Shown one piece after another: positions 17,833 to 28,566 of a stretch of DNA of 39,208 bases. Where the stretch lies: assembly GCA_041749675.1 (NCBI GenBank), contig JBGTAU010000058.1, positions 1 through 39,208 of the forward strand, read 5' to 3'. The position numbers and the translations under genes are program-made. The notes under the pieces were generated by a model. That model was not told the DNA's origin. It saw nothing but the letters and a program-made list of their open reading frames with translations, and ran no database searches. The DNA is from Rhizobiaceae bacterium (GTDB taxonomy: Bacteria; Pseudomonadota; Alphaproteobacteria; Rhizobiales; Rhizobiaceae). How positions within the stretch are numbered: the first letter of the stretch is position 1; each line of letters begins with the position of its first letter.

Positions 17833-19236
17833 ATGCTTCTCAATAGCCAATCGTTCACAATGCCAAGCCGCCGGTCCTTCCTCAAGACATCCGCAGGAGT
17901 GTGCGGCGCTCTCATTGCCGGAACTCCGTGGACGTCTGCCTCGGCGGCTGCGCCCGTCCTTTCCGTTGCCTCCCGCACGCTCGAGGTGAACAAGAAGGCA
18001 GCAACAGTCTTCAGCGTGCTTGGATCAAATGGCAAGCCTGGCATGGTTATGCGCGAGGGAGATCGCTTTCTGGGTGATCTTCTCAATGCCTCGGGCGAAC
18101 CGCTGCAGATGCATTGGCACGGGCAGGTTAAAGCGCCCGCCAACCAGGATCGCGCACGACCAGATGGCGGCGCGCTAGCTGTCGGACTGACCGACGCCCA
18201 TGACTTTGAACTGACCCCCGGCACCCATTGGATGCATTCCCACAGTCTCAGCGAGCAACAGCTTCTGGCGGCGCCGATGGTTGCCCGCGAAAAAGATGCA
18301 GGCGACGTTCAGGACGTTGTCATAATGCTGCATGATTTCGCTTTCCGGTCGCCGCAGGAAATTTTGGCGGAACTTGGCGCTGGAGGCGGTGCGCATGCCG
18401 GTCAGGGCGCTGGAGGCGGCATGATGGGTATGACCCATGCCAATGATGTCAAATATGACGCCTTTCTCGCCAACGATCGGACCCTTGATGATCCCGAAAT
18501 TGTCTCGGTTGAAAAAGGCGGCCGCGTCCGCCTGCGCATCATCAACGGCGGCACGGCGACGGCGTTCTTCATTTCGACGCCGGGATTGAACTCAAGCTGC
18601 GTCGCCGTTGACGGCTCGTCTTGCCAGCCCGTCTCACATAACGCCTATCCGATGGCACAGGGGCAGCGCATCGATCTTTTGGTCGACATCCCGCAACAAG
18701 GCGGAGCATTCCCGGTCCTGGCGCAAGTCGAGGGCGACCTGTCGGTGACCGGCATCATGCTGGCGACAGCTGGCGCATCGATCGCCAAACTCTTGGCCAC
18801 CGCCGTTGCGCCACAGCCATTGACCGATCTTGCGTTTGAGTCGCAGCTTCGCGCCGCAAACCCGTTGGCGGAGAAAACCGCGGACCAATCTTTCATGGTC
18901 ATGCTGGGCGAAGAGCCGGGGTATCGTTGGACGATCAATGGCCGCGCCCATGGGGAGCATCAGCCCTTCGATGTACGCCAAGGCGAGCGGATCGAGATGA
19001 CATTCATGAACCCGACCACAATGATGCATCCCATGCATTTGCACGGGCATCATTTCCAGATCGTCGCCATTGGCGGACAACGGATTCTAGGCGCCATGCG
19101 CGACACCATCATCGTCCCCGCCCACAACCCGGTCACCATTGCCTTCGATGCAAATCAAAAGGGTGCGTGGTTCCTGCATTGCCATCACCTCTATCACATG
19201 GCGAGCGGCATGATGACGGAAGTGCGCATCAGTTGA
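17833..19236 (+). CDS. Tat-exported multicopper oxidase
   Basis: Twin-arginine signal (SRRSFLKTSAGVCGALIAG). Copper motifs HWHG, HWMHSH, HPMHLHGHHF and HCHHLYHMASGMM are present. Confidence 0.9.
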   Translation: MLLNSQSFTMPSRRSFLKTSAGVCGALIAGTPWTSASAAAPVLSVASRTLEVNKKAATVFSVLGSNGKPGMVMREGDRFLGDLLNASGEPLQMHWHGQVKAPANQDRARPDGGALAVGLTDAHDFELTPGTHWMHSHSLSEQQLLAAPMVAREKDAGDVQDVVIMLHDFAFRSPQEILAELGAGGGAHAGQGAGGGMMGMTHANDVKYDAFLANDRTLDDPEIVSVEKGGRVRLRIINGGTATAFFISTPGLNSSCVAVDGSSCQPVSHNAYPMAQGQRIDLLVDIPQQGGAFPVLAQVEGDLSVTGIMLATAGASIAKLLATAVAPQPLTDLAFESQLRAANPLAEKTADQSFMVMLGEEPGYRWTINGRAHGEHQPFDVRQGERIEMTFMNPTTMMHPMHLHGHHFQIVAIGGQRILGAMRDTIIVPAHNPVTIAFDANQKGAWFLHCHHLYHMASGMMTEVRIS

Positions 19237-19688
19237 ACACGGAGCGGCACTGGCTGGGTGCGCTGAGGATTTATCTCGGATTCACTATCGCTTTGCATTT
19301 GTTCTGGGAAGTCGCACAGCTGCCGCTCTACACGATCTGGAACGCGGGGTCGCCGCAGGAGATTGTATTCGCAGTGTTTCATTGCACCGTTGGCGATCTG
19401 ATGATCGCCACGCTGTCACTGGTGTTGGCGCTTGTCTGTTTCGGCGCTCCCGCGTGGCCGCGCGAGCGGTTCATCCCGGTGATGGTGGTCACGCTCGCGA
19501 CCGGCATCGCCTATACCGTCTACAGCGAATGGCTGAACACCGCCGTCCGCAAGACTTGGGCCTATTCTGAGATCATGCCAACGCTCCCGCCGCTCGGGAC
19601 GGGACTGGGTCCGCTGCTGCAATGGGTCGTCGTGCCGATGGTCGGCTTCGCGTTGCTGCAGCATTGGGTCAGGCGATCACAATCATGA
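19233..19688 (+). CDS. Integral membrane protein of unknown function
   Basis: Four predicted TM segments begin at WLGALRIYLGFTIALHLFW. The only start upstream of TM1 and outside the oxidase gene is TTG 19233, which overlaps the oxidase stop (TTGA). The start codon is uncertain. Confidence 0.55.
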   Translation: MNTERHWLGALRIYLGFTIALHLFWEVAQLPLYTIWNAGSPQEIVFAVFHCTVGDLMIATLSLVLALVCFGAPAWPRERFIPVMVVTLATGIAYTVYSEWLNTAVRKTWAYSEIMPTLPPLGTGLGPLLQWVVVPMVGFALLQHWVRRSQS

Positions 19689-20995
19689 CCGGCACGGACA
19701 GTGAACTTGAGCAGCTACAGCGCGAATCCTTTGCGTATTTCATTCACGAAGCCAATCCCGCAAACGGGCTGATCATTGACAAGACTGCGCCAGACTGGCC
19801 CGCCAGCATTGCCGCCACCGGACTGGCGCTCGCCGCCTATCCGGTCAGCGTCGAGCGTGGATTTTGGACGCGCAGCGCGGCCGTCGAGCGCACGTTAGCG
19901 ACTTTGCGCTTTTTCTGGAACAGCCCGCAGGGGCCGGAACCGGATGCGACTGGCTATATGGGATTCTACTATCACTTCCTCGACATGCAGACCGGGCGGC
20001 GCGCGTGGGACTGCGAACTGTCGACCATTGACAGCACCTTCCTGCTGGCCGGCGCCTTGGCGGCAGGAGCTTATTTTGATGGAGAAAATGCTGAAGAGAA
20101 GGAAATCCGCGCCCTCGCCGAAGCGCTCTATCGTCGGGCCGATTGGGCCTGGGCGCAGAATGGCAAGGCCACGGTCACGCATGGCTGGCGACCCGGAAAA
20201 GGTTTCATCAGATACCGGTGGCAAGGCTATGACGAAGCTTTATTGCTCTATGTTCTGGGTCTTGGCTCTCCCACCCATCCTTTGCCGCAGGTGAGCTATG
20301 ATGCGTGGCTGTCCACTTATCGCTGGGAAAGCCGCTATGGGTATGAATACCTCTATGCGGGGCCGCTGTTCACACACCAGCTCTCCCACGTCTGGATCGA
20401 TTTTCGCGGCATCCAAGACGCGTTCATGCGGGACAAGGGCATCGATTACTTCGAGAACAGCAAGCGCGCGACCTATGTGCAGCAGCGCTACGCCATCGAA
20501 AATCCGCGCAAGTTCGCAGGCTATGGAGAGCATTGCTGGGGGATCACGGCCAGCGAGGGGCCAGGGCCTGAAACGCGCAAGTTAGAGAGCGTTAGACGCA
20601 GATTTTTCGACTACCTTGGACGAGGCGTTCCCTATGGCCCTGATGACGGCACGCTGGCGCCGTGGGCCGTCGTCGCCTCTTTGCCGTTCGCACCCGAGAT
20701 TGTTTTGCCCGCGATCAGCTATTGCATTCATCAAGCCAGACTGAATGAAGCGAGCGCCTATGGCTTCAAGGCCGCGTTCAATCCGACGCATCCGGGCGAG
20801 CCGGGCAATACTTTCGGCTGGTGGGTGTCGCCATGGCACTTCGGGCTCAACATCGGTCCGACCGTCTTGATGATCGAAAATTACAGCAGCGGCCTCTTAT
20901 GGCGGTTGATGCGCGATTGCCCCTACATCCAGTCCGGGCTGCGACGCGCGGGATTCACTGGAGGATGGCTGACTGAGAAAACGACAGGAGGTTGA
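19685..20995 (+). CDS. 'Glucoamylase family' protein (PF10091 / GH144 beta-1,2-glucanase-like)
   Basis: ATG 19685 overlaps the upstream stop (ATGA). The stretch ESFAYFIHEANPANGLIIDKT...DWPASIAATGLALAAYPVSVERGF...GFYYHFLDMQTGRR...STIDSTFLLAGAL matches my memory of this family. No signal peptide is visible. Confidence 0.65.
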   Translation: MTGTDSELEQLQRESFAYFIHEANPANGLIIDKTAPDWPASIAATGLALAAYPVSVERGFWTRSAAVERTLATLRFFWNSPQGPEPDATGYMGFYYHFLDMQTGRRAWDCELSTIDSTFLLAGALAAGAYFDGENAEEKEIRALAEALYRRADWAWAQNGKATVTHGWRPGKGFIRYRWQGYDEALLLYVLGLGSPTHPLPQVSYDAWLSTYRWESRYGYEYLYAGPLFTHQLSHVWIDFRGIQDAFMRDKGIDYFENSKRATYVQQRYAIENPRKFAGYGEHCWGITASEGPGPETRKLESVRRRFFDYLGRGVPYGPDDGTLAPWAVVASLPFAPEIVLPAISYCIHQARLNEASAYGFKAAFNPTHPGEPGNTFGWWVSPWHFGLNIGPTVLMIENYSSGLLWRLMRDCPYIQSGLRRAGFTGGWLTEKTTGG

Positions 20996-21432
20996 ACATG
21001 AAATCACAACGCATTGCATCGGCGGCGCTGGCCTTGGGCGGCGTGATCTTGATGGGCATGGGACTCTATTTCGGCTTTCTGCGGCCGCCGCTGCTCCCGG
21101 AGGACTTGAATTACATGGGCGCGTCCATGGCGCAGATTCAAGCTGCCATTCCCGGATTGGGGCCATGGCTCGCCCGCGTTTTCGGCGTGCTCGGCGGCTT
21201 CATGTTCGCCACCGGTCTGCTCACTGTCTATGTTGCGGCCGTGGGTTTCAGGACCGGACGGCTTGGGCTGATCGCTGTGGTTTCGGTTTCAGGATTGGCG
21301 TCGATTGGCTGGATGGTATTCACCAACTTCGTGATCGACTCTGATTTCAAATGGCTGCTGCTTGCTTTCACGCTGCCTTGGATGGTGGCGCTGACGCTCG
21401 CCTTACCGCAATCTTGGAGGACAACCACATGA
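20992..21432 (+). CDS. Integral membrane protein of unknown function (four TM segments)
   Basis: ATGA overlaps occur at both ends (20992 and 21429). The sequence is hydrophobic throughout. Confidence 0.6.
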   Translation: MNMKSQRIASAALALGGVILMGMGLYFGFLRPPLLPEDLNYMGASMAQIQAAIPGLGPWLARVFGVLGGFMFATGLLTVYVAAVGFRTGRLGLIAVVSVSGLASIGWMVFTNFVIDSDFKWLLLAFTLPWMVALTLALPQSWRTTT

Positions 21433-22463
21433 AAATTGGCATCATCGGACTGGGCCGTATGGGCGGCGGAATCGCGCGCCGTCTGATGCAAGCCGGACAC
21501 CAATGTGTGGTGTTCGACAGGGACGCAGGCATAGGCGCCGTTCTCGCGAAAGAGGGCGCCACCACCGCCGGCTCGCTGGAAGAGGTGGTAAGCGCGCTGG
21601 GCGAAAGGCCGCGCGCCGTTTGGGTGATGCTGCCCGCAGGAGCCATCACTGAAGAAATAGTTGAGAGGCTAGGCGGTCTGTTGAACAGGGACGACATCAT
21701 CATCGATGGTGGAAATACTTTCTACAAAGACGACATCCGGCGCGCGCGGACACTGGCTGCGCAGGGCATACGCTATCTGGATTGCGGCACATCAGGCGGC
21801 ATCTGGGGCCTTGAGCGCGGTTATTGCATGATGATCGGCGGAGCAAAGGATGCCGTGGATTATCTGGACCCCGTGTTTGCGGCACTTGCACCGGGCCTAA
21901 GCGATATTGCGCGCACACCCGGTCGCAATAACGACGATCCGCGCGCCGAGCGCGGTTACATTCACGCAGGGCCCCCGGGCGCGGGGCACTTCGTCAAGAT
22001 GGTGCATAACGGCATCGAATACGGTCTGATGCAGGCCTATGCCGAAGGCTTCGACATCCTGCGCAACAAGGACTCGAAGGACTTGCCGGAAGACGAGCGC
22101 TTCGATCTCGATTTGCCGGACATCGCCGAGGTGTGGCGGCGCGGCAGCGTTGTGTCATCTTGGCTGCTTGATCTTGGCGCTGCGGCGCTGGCCAAGGATC
22201 CGCAGCTGGAAGAGTTTTCCGGCTTCGTGACAGATTCTGGCGAGGGCCGCTGGACCATCGAGGCGGCCATCGAAGAGGCGGTTCCGGCCGATGTGCTGTC
22301 CACCGCCCTCTACGCCCGCTTCCGTTCGCGCCAACAGCATACATTCGCCGAAAAACTGCTGTCGGCGATGCGTTTTGGCTTTGGCGGTCATGTTGAAAAG
22401 CACCAGACGAACACCCCTCTTGGCCCGCTCAACAAGAAAGGTGACACCGGTGAAATCCGCTAA
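21429..22463 (+). CDS. gnd: 6-phosphogluconate dehydrogenase, decarboxylating (short form)
   Basis: Rossmann N-terminus [19 protein letters not shown], then [21 protein letters not shown] and [24 protein letters not shown]. Confidence 0.9.
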   Translation: MKIGIIGLGRMGGGIARRLMQAGHQCVVFDRDAGIGAVLAKEGATTAGSLEEVVSALGERPRAVWVMLPAGAITEEIVERLGGLLNRDDIIIDGGNTFYKDDIRRARTLAAQGIRYLDCGTSGGIWGLERGYCMMIGGAKDAVDYLDPVFAALAPGLSDIARTPGRNNDDPRAERGYIHAGPPGAGHFVKMVHNGIEYGLMQAYAEGFDILRNKDSKDLPEDERFDLDLPDIAEVWRRGSVVSSWLLDLGAAALAKDPQLEEFSGFVTDSGEGRWTIEAAIEEAVPADVLSTALYARFRSRQQHTFAEKLLSAMRFGFGGHVEKHQTNTPLGPLNKKGDTGEIR

Positions 22464-23649
22464 CCCACGCATCCTGACTATCAACGGCGGCTCATCGAGC
22501 ATCAAGTTCGCGTTGTTCGAGACGGGTGAGGCGGTGACTCGGATAATGGGCGGCGCCATTGAGCGGATTGGGTCGCCGGAGGCCAGCTTGCGGGTGAAAG
22601 GCACGAAACCGGCCGACAATTTTTCGAGGCCGGTAGCCGCTCCCGATCACATGGCGGCAATCGGCGCTCTGATGGAGTGGCTGGAGAAGATTGACGGTGG
22701 CGCCGCCGTGACCGCAGTGGGACACCGCGTCGTGCATGGCGGGCCACACTATTTTGAGCCGCAGCGCATCACCCCGCAGATGATGGATAGTCTGCGCTCG
22801 CTGATGCCATTCTCTCCCCAGCATCTGCCGCAGGAAATTCTGCTGGCCGAGGCGATTGGCCGCCGGTTTCCGGAACTTCCGCAGGTGGCGTGTTTCGACA
22901 CCGCCTTTCACCGCGAAATGCCGCGCGTTGCCCGGCAGTTGCCGATTCCGCGCCGCTATGAAGCGCTGGGGGTGCGCAGGTATGGGTTTCATGGTCTGTC
23001 CTTTGCGTTTCTCATGAGCGAACTTGCGAGCCAGGCAGGAGCGGAGGCAGCACAGGGCAGGGTCATTCTCGCCCATCTTGGCAACGGCGCGAGCTTAGCT
23101 GCGGTGCGCAACGGCAGGTCTGTGGATACAAGCATGGGGTTCACGCCAGCGTCCGGATTGGCGATGGGCACCCGATGCGGCGACATCGATCCCGGCCTCA
23201 TTTCGTACCTTGCGCGCACGGAAAAGATGAGCGCGCAGCAATTCGACGACATGGCCAATACTCAGTCCGGTCTCTTGGGGCTTTCGGAAACCAGCTCCGA
23301 CATGCGTGAATTACTTTCCCTTGAAACGCAGGACGTGCGCGCGGAAGAGGCGGTTGCGCTGTTTTGCTATCAGGCCAGGAAATGGATCGGCGCCTTCGCC
23401 GCCGCGCTCGGCGGAGTTGACCAGCTGGTGTTTGCCGGCGGCGTTGGCGAGAACTCCCCCGTGATTCGAGCGCGGATCTGTGACGCGCTGGGTTTCCTGG
23501 GGATGGAATTGGACCAGCAGCGCAACTTGGCGAACGCGCCGCTGATTTCAGCGGAGGGCGGTCGTGTTGGCATTCGCGTCATACGCACCGACGAAGAACT
23601 GATGATCGCAAGGTCGGTCATCGGCGTCCTCGGTCTTGGGCCTGCTTGA
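22450..23649 (+). CDS. ackA: Acetate kinase
   Basis: [38 protein letters not shown] and GGVGENS are present. The start is probably GTG 22450 (AAAGG sits 9 nt upstream) or GTG 22441. Either one overlaps the gnd stop. Confidence 0.9.
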   Translation: MKSANPRILTINGGSSSIKFALFETGEAVTRIMGGAIERIGSPEASLRVKGTKPADNFSRPVAAPDHMAAIGALMEWLEKIDGGAAVTAVGHRVVHGGPHYFEPQRITPQMMDSLRSLMPFSPQHLPQEILLAEAIGRRFPELPQVACFDTAFHREMPRVARQLPIPRRYEALGVRRYGFHGLSFAFLMSELASQAGAEAAQGRVILAHLGNGASLAAVRNGRSVDTSMGFTPASGLAMGTRCGDIDPGLISYLARTEKMSAQQFDDMANTQSGLLGLSETSSDMRELLSLETQDVRAEEAVALFCYQARKWIGAFAAALGGVDQLVFAGGVGENSPVIRARICDALGFLGMELDQQRNLANAPLISAEGGRVGIRVIRTDEELMIARSVIGVLGLGPA

Positions 23650-23761
23650 TTATACACTAGAATCTGCCTGTCCCCTTGGCAGTTGTTGGCACCAAGTTCG
23701 AGGCGGCAAAAGAGAAAGTCCCCCGCGTCGCCACGCGCCGCAACCCGGCTTCGCCCGCCAT

Positions 23762-25030
23762 TCAAATTGCGAACACAGGCGCGAACCCGCCGCCCGGCGT
23801 TCTGAAATTGGTGGTTTGGCCCTGATAAATCCGCGCCGCCGTCAATAAATCCTGGCCAGCGTAAGTGTAAAGCCTGATATCCATCTTGCGCTGCACGGGT
23901 GCACCATCAAGCTTGATCATGCGCTGGCCCGGTGCCGCGAAGGCTTGTGCCACATATCCGCCACCCGCAATATCAACCCATACGCCTTTTGTCACCTTGT
24001 CGCCGCGATAAACAGCCTTGCCGCCATGGCCAGATAGGGGCTTGAAGAACAGGTTCTTTCGGTCAGCCCACATCGCATTTGCGATATCAGGCGTGACCAA
24101 TGTGGTTTTCGGAATGCCTGCCAGCCTTGTCCGCAACTCGTCGGACAAGCCAGCCGCCCTCAGCCAGATTTGATCAGACAGCAAAGTCAGATTTCGTTTG
24201 GCAGCGTAGATGGCGTGATTGTGCGGATTTGGCGTGACCACAACCGCGCCGTCCCGGTAGGCCGCGGCGAGCGCGGAATGATTGGGGTCAGCCAATGAAA
24301 AATCGACGAGCCTATTGTAGACGAGATCGATCTCCTGTCCGTCGAGAAGGAGTTTGCCCGCTTCATATGCGAGCGCTGCTGCATCGCCAATCACAGCGTC
24401 GATGCCTTGTCTGCGCAATAGCTGCCGCGCCAGAATGAATTCTGGATAGAGATATTGTTCCTTCGGCTGGTCATCGATAATCGCCACGCGGCGCGGCCGA
24501 TCCGTGCCACGCTGGAGCCGCCATTCGGCAGTGAACACATTGAGCGCCTGCGTCTCGAAGTCTGCTGCCTGCATCGCCATGAGCCCGCGTTCGATTTCGC
24601 TGCAACAGGCTTTCTGGGCCTTGGCAAGTAAGGCGTTGATGAAGGCGCCGCCGGCATTGGTGTTCACTTCGATCAGCCTCGGACCACTGTCATCGAGATG
24701 GAAATCATAGCCCATGAATGCCCCAAGCGGGCCAAAATCCTTTTGTGCCGATTCCGGCGCCCACGCGAGGACAGCATTTCGGTAGGCGGGCAATCTTACT
24801 GCCTCCTCAATGGCCCCGACGATGCCGCGCATTTGGGCGATATCGTCCGACGAGAGAAACACCAGCACGTTGGACAAAAGGTTTGGCCTGCTTTCAAGCT
24901 GCTCGACGTTGAATGCCCGATCATCCACCGCGCGACCGACAGTGTCCGCCAGCAGTTTGCGGTCAAGCGTTGTGCAAAGGCAGCGCTGGTTGAGACGGTC
25001 AGAGACTTCGGGCTGTCCGGTTTCTGGCAT
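23762..25030 (-). CDS. Circularly permuted ATP-grasp-like protein, function unknown
   Basis: The Mg/ATP-site-like motif GYDFHLDDSGPRLIEVNTNAGG precedes the nucleotide-loop-like FFKPLSGHGGKAVYRG. This order is reversed relative to classical ATP-grasp enzymes. Confidence 0.45.
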   Translation of the reverse strand: MPETGQPEVSDRLNQRCLCTTLDRKLLADTVGRAVDDRAFNVEQLESRPNLLSNVLVFLSSDDIAQMRGIVGAIEEAVRLPAYRNAVLAWAPESAQKDFGPLGAFMGYDFHLDDSGPRLIEVNTNAGGAFINALLAKAQKACCSEIERGLMAMQAADFETQALNVFTAEWRLQRGTDRPRRVAIIDDQPKEQYLYPEFILARQLLRRQGIDAVIGDAAALAYEAGKLLLDGQEIDLVYNRLVDFSLADPNHSALAAAYRDGAVVVTPNPHNHAIYAAKRNLTLLSDQIWLRAAGLSDELRTRLAGIPKTTLVTPDIANAMWADRKNLFFKPLSGHGGKAVYRGDKVTKGVWVDIAGGGYVAQAFAAPGQRMIKLDGAPVQRKMDIRLYTYAGQDLLTAARIYQGQTTNFRTPGGGFAPVFAI

Positions 25031-25032
25031 GA

Positions 25033-25647
25033 TTATGGCCCAGTCGTTTCATCAGGTCGCGCATTCCATAGCATGATTGCGGGTTCAACTGCGCGTTGAT
25101 GCCCGTAGCCCAGAATGCTGACTGTCGCCGTGTCGAGCAGAAAATGCGATGCCTGTTCAATCTCCAATCCTATCCACCGCGCCGCCAGGACGCAGCCGAA
25201 GTGGCCGTGCGAGAAGATGACGATATTGCCGTCAAGAGCCCGGAGCCGCGCGATTATTCGGTCAGCCCGTAATGAAACCTGCGTTGGCGATTCACCGCCC
25301 GGGCAGCCGTGTTGATAGATGTTCCAGTCTGGTTTGATCGCACGGATTTCAGCGCTGCGCAGGCCTTCGTATTCGCCATGGTCCCACTCCACGAGATCAG
25401 GTTCGATTTCTGCAGGCATGGCGAGCCCTGCCAAATCGGCTGTTTGCCGTGCGCGTTGTAGCGGGCTGACGAGCACCCGTTTGAAAACAGGGGTGCGCAG
25501 TCGTTCATGCAATGTGCGGGCTTCCGCTTCGCCCTCTGCGGTCAAGGGAATGTCAGTCCGACCTGTATGCTGGCCGGAAAGTGACCACGCAGTTTGTCCG
25601 TGTCGGATCAGAAAGATACGCTGGAGCAACGGCGGGGAACTAAGCAT
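25033..25647 (-). CDS. Histidine phosphatase (phosphoglycerate mutase-like) family protein
   Basis: The ATG at 25647 gives [22 protein letters not shown]..., which contains the RHG catalytic motif, with FSHGHF later in the sequence. The start overlaps the xfp stop by 8 nt. Confidence 0.8.
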   Translation of the reverse strand: MLSSPPLLQRIFLIRHGQTAWSLSGQHTGRTDIPLTAEGEAEARTLHERLRTPVFKRVLVSPLQRARQTADLAGLAMPAEIEPDLVEWDHGEYEGLRSAEIRAIKPDWNIYQHGCPGGESPTQVSLRADRIIARLRALDGNIVIFSHGHFGCVLAARWIGLEIEQASHFLLDTATVSILGYGHQRAVEPAIMLWNARPDETTGP

Positions 25648-28021
25648 GTGCTGGCCACTGCCAATCCCGGATTTCTGGCATATCTTCTCCGTGTTCGGCG
25701 ATGTAGCGTTTATGCTCAGCAAGTTTTTCGTGGACGGCCTGTTTGACTTGACCCGCGACGGCATGAAGATGCGGCACGCGGGCTATGGCGTTGGCCATGA
25801 GATGAAAGCGGTCAAGATCGTTCATCACCACTTGGTCGAACGGCGTGCTCGTGGTGCCTTCTTCCTTGTAGCCGTGCAAATGAAAATTCCCGTGGTTTTT
25901 GCGGCGATATGTGAGCCGGTGAATGAGCGCCGGATAGCCATGGTAGGCAAAGATGACCGGTTTATCGACAGTGAAGAGTTCGTCAAAGTCCGCATCACTC
26001 AGACCATGCGGATGGTCGCTCTGCGACTGCAGCTTCATCAGGTCGACGACATTGACCACGCGGACTTTCAAATCGGGGAATTGTGACCGCAAGAGATCAA
26101 CGGCGGCCATTGTTTCGAGCGTCGGAACGTCACCACAGCACGCCATCACGACGTCCGGCTCGCCGCCGCCGTCGCTGCCAGCCCACTGCCAAATCCCGAT
26201 TCCGGCAGAACAGTGTTCTATGGCGGCGTCCATGTCGAGCCACTGCGGAGAGGGCTGCTTGCCGGCAATGACGACATTCACGTAATTGCGGCTGCGCAGG
26301 CAATGGTCGGTCACCGACAGCAGCGTATTCGCATCAGGCGGCAGATAGACGCGGATGACTTCGGCCTTTTTGTTGACGACGTGGTCAATGAAGCCCGGGT
26401 CCTGGTGGGTAAAGCCGTTATGGTCCTGACGCCAGACATGCGACGTGAGCAGGTAATTCAGTGAAGCGATGGGCCGCCGCCATGGAATATTACGCGTGAC
26501 CTTCAGCCACTTGGCGTGCTGGTTGAACATCGAATCGATGATGTGGATGAACGCCTCATAACAGGGAAAGAAGCCATGGCGGCCGGTGAGCAGATAGCCT
26601 TCCAGCCATCCCTCGCATTGGTGCTCGCTCAGCATTTCCATGACCCTGCCGTCGGGAGCCACGTGGTCGTCGAAGTCAAAAATCTCTGCGGTCGAGCAGC
26701 GGTCGGTGACCTCGAAAACGGCGCCCCAGCGGTTCGAGGTCGTTTCATCCGGGCTGAAGACGCGGAAATTGTTCGGATTGTGCTTGATCACATCGCGTAT
26801 GAATTGCCCCTGCACGCGGGTGGCCTCGGCGCTCACCGCTCCGGGCGTTGGCACATCGATTGCGTAACTGGCAAAATCGGGCAGATGCAGATCCTGCAGC
26901 AGCAGGCCGCCATTGGCATGCGGATTGGCGCTCATGCGGCGCTTACCCTTTGGAGCCAAGTCCGAAAGTTCGGCGCGGAACCGGCCCGCATCATCGAACA
27001 GCTCCTCCGGCCGGTAGCTCTTCATCCAGCTTTCCAGCAACGCCAAATGCCCCGGCTTGTCCATTTCGCCCATGGGCACCTGATGCGAGCGGAACGTACC
27101 CTCTGTCGGCTTGCCGTCAACCACTTTCGGGCCGGTCCAGCCCTTGGGCGAGCGCAGAATGATCATGGGCCAGAGCGGCCGCGTCTTGAACCCGTTGACG
27201 CGGGCGTCGCATTGGATGTTCCCTATTTCTGTCACCACGGTGTCCAGCGTCGCGGCCATGAGCTGGTGCATCGCCATCGGGTCGCTGCCCTCGACGAAAT
27301 GCGGTTTGTAGCCAAGCCCACGAAACAGCGCTTCCAGCTCGTTGTGTGGGATTCGCGCCAAAACGGTCGGCCCAGCGATCTTGTAACCATTCAGATGCAG
27401 GATGGGCAGCACTGCGCCGTCATGCACCGGATTGAGAAACTTGTTGGAGTGCCAGCTCGTAGCCAGCGCGCCGGTTTCGGCTTCGCCATCGCCGACAACG
27501 CAGGCGACGATGAGGTCCGGATTGTCGAAGGCCGCTCCATAGGCGTGCGAGAGCGCATATCCCAGTTCGCCGCCCTCATGAATGGAACCTGGCGTTTCGG
27601 GCGCGACATGGCTCGGAATACCGCCCGGAAACGAGAACTGCTTGAACAGCCGTTTCAGCCCGTCTTCGTCTCGCGAAATCCCGGGATAGACCTCGCTGTA
27701 GGTGCTCTCCAGATAGGCGTTCGCCACCAGCCCCGGCCCTCCATGACCTGGCCCAATGATATTGATCACATTAAGGTCATATGCCGTGATGACCCGGTTC
27801 AAATGGGCATAAATAAAATTGAGTCCTGGCGTGGTGCCCCAATGGCCGAGCAAACGCGGCTTGATATGCGCCAGCGTGAGTGGCTCCTTCAGCAGCGCAT
27901 TGTCATAGAGATAAATCTGCCCGACCGAGAGGTAGTTCGCCGCCCGCCAATAGGCATCCAGCTTTTGCAGCGACTCGGGAATGAGGGTGTTTAAGTCTGG
28001 TTTATGTTTCAAAATATTCAC
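25640..28021 (-). CDS. xfp: Xylulose-5-phosphate/fructose-6-phosphate phosphoketolase
   Basis: [36 protein letters not shown] and [16 protein letters not shown] are present. The probable GTG start at 28021 overlaps the SRPBCC stop (GTGA) and gives 793 aa, typical for Xfp. The longer track ORF extends into the upstream gene. Confidence 0.93.
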   Translation of the reverse strand: MNILKHKPDLNTLIPESLQKLDAYWRAANYLSVGQIYLYDNALLKEPLTLAHIKPRLLGHWGTTPGLNFIYAHLNRVITAYDLNVINIIGPGHGGPGLVANAYLESTYSEVYPGISRDEDGLKRLFKQFSFPGGIPSHVAPETPGSIHEGGELGYALSHAYGAAFDNPDLIVACVVGDGEAETGALATSWHSNKFLNPVHDGAVLPILHLNGYKIAGPTVLARIPHNELEALFRGLGYKPHFVEGSDPMAMHQLMAATLDTVVTEIGNIQCDARVNGFKTRPLWPMIILRSPKGWTGPKVVDGKPTEGTFRSHQVPMGEMDKPGHLALLESWMKSYRPEELFDDAGRFRAELSDLAPKGKRRMSANPHANGGLLLQDLHLPDFASYAIDVPTPGAVSAEATRVQGQFIRDVIKHNPNNFRVFSPDETTSNRWGAVFEVTDRCSTAEIFDFDDHVAPDGRVMEMLSEHQCEGWLEGYLLTGRHGFFPCYEAFIHIIDSMFNQHAKWLKVTRNIPWRRPIASLNYLLTSHVWRQDHNGFTHQDPGFIDHVVNKKAEVIRVYLPPDANTLLSVTDHCLRSRNYVNVVIAGKQPSPQWLDMDAAIEHCSAGIGIWQWAGSDGGGEPDVVMACCGDVPTLETMAAVDLLRSQFPDLKVRVVNVVDLMKLQSQSDHPHGLSDADFDELFTVDKPVIFAYHGYPALIHRLTYRRKNHGNFHLHGYKEEGTTSTPFDQVVMNDLDRFHLMANAIARVPHLHAVAGQVKQAVHEKLAEHKRYIAEHGEDMPEIRDWQWPAHA

Positions 28022-28566
28022 CCTCGGTTTTGGAAATGCGTTGCCGCTTCGTTGGTCATACGTTGGGTGCACCAGCGGGCGTAAATGTTGCCGAACAGAT
28101 AGCCGAGCCAATAAGAAATGGCACCGTTTGGCAGCGCGTAATCGATGAACACACGCAGATGCGAAGTGCGGGCTCTTGGGGTGATCTCGAAACCCATGCG
28201 GTAAGAGCCGATGACGACCAGTTGCGGCCTGCCTATCGTGCTCCAAACCTTGCGCAAGGGAGGGTTGCGTTCGATGACAATTTCCTCGACTGACAGCGGG
28301 ATGCCCAACACGCGGCCCCGCAAGCTGATTTTTGCACCTACAGCGAGGCCGTTCGAGGCATCGAATTCGAGCGTCATGACCGAACCCGCCATCATCCAAG
28401 ATGGTTTGGTCATGTGAGCCGACAAGCGACTGTGATCATCCAAAAGTGTGAACACGGCATCCGCCGACGCGTTCAACTCAACATCGCTTTCGAAATGAAA
28501 GGGTAACAAGGGGTCAACCTCAGACGTTGCACTGAGCGGTAAGCCCGTCGTGGCAGGCGTCATCAT
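28018..28566 (-). CDS. SRPBCC (START/polyketide cyclase-like) family protein
   Basis: 182 aa with a beta-rich profile and a C-terminal helix ([22 protein letters not shown]). The start overlaps the ATPase stop (ATGA at 28566-28563). Confidence 0.55.
   Translation of the reverse strand: MMTPATTGLPLSATSEVDPLLPFHFESDVELNASADAVFTLLDDHSRLSAHMTKPSWMMAGSVMTLEFDASNGLAVGAKISLRGRVLGIPLSVEEIVIERNPPLRKVWSTIGRPQLVVIGSYRMGFEITPRARTSHLRVFIDYALPNGAISYWLGYLFGNIYARWCTQRMTNEAATHFQNRG

Noticed and set aside
17601-18224. A 207-aa minus-strand ORF.
   Set aside because: It is antisense to the DUF302 3' end and the Tat multicopper oxidase 5' region. It is a shadow ORF.
18927-19232. The N-terminal 102 codons of track ORF 18927..19688.
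   Set aside because: This part overlaps the multicopper oxidase in another frame and is Arg/His/Pro-rich. Only the hydrophobic part after the oxidase stop looks like real coding sequence, so the gene was called from TTG 19233.
26516-27994. A 492-aa plus-strand ORF, the longest unexplained ORF in the track.
   Set aside because: It lies entirely antisense to the phosphoketolase gene, whose translation carries unmistakable family motifs. Its own product is Arg/Ala/Gly/His-rich with no recognisable motif, which is typical of a shadow ORF in GC-rich coding DNA.
28022-28399. The N-terminal extension of the xfp track ORF (919 aa versus about 793 aa).
   Set aside because: It overlaps the SRPBCC gene out of frame. 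Phosphoketolases begin about 20 aa before the conserved [11 protein letters not shown] segment, which fits the GTG at 28021.
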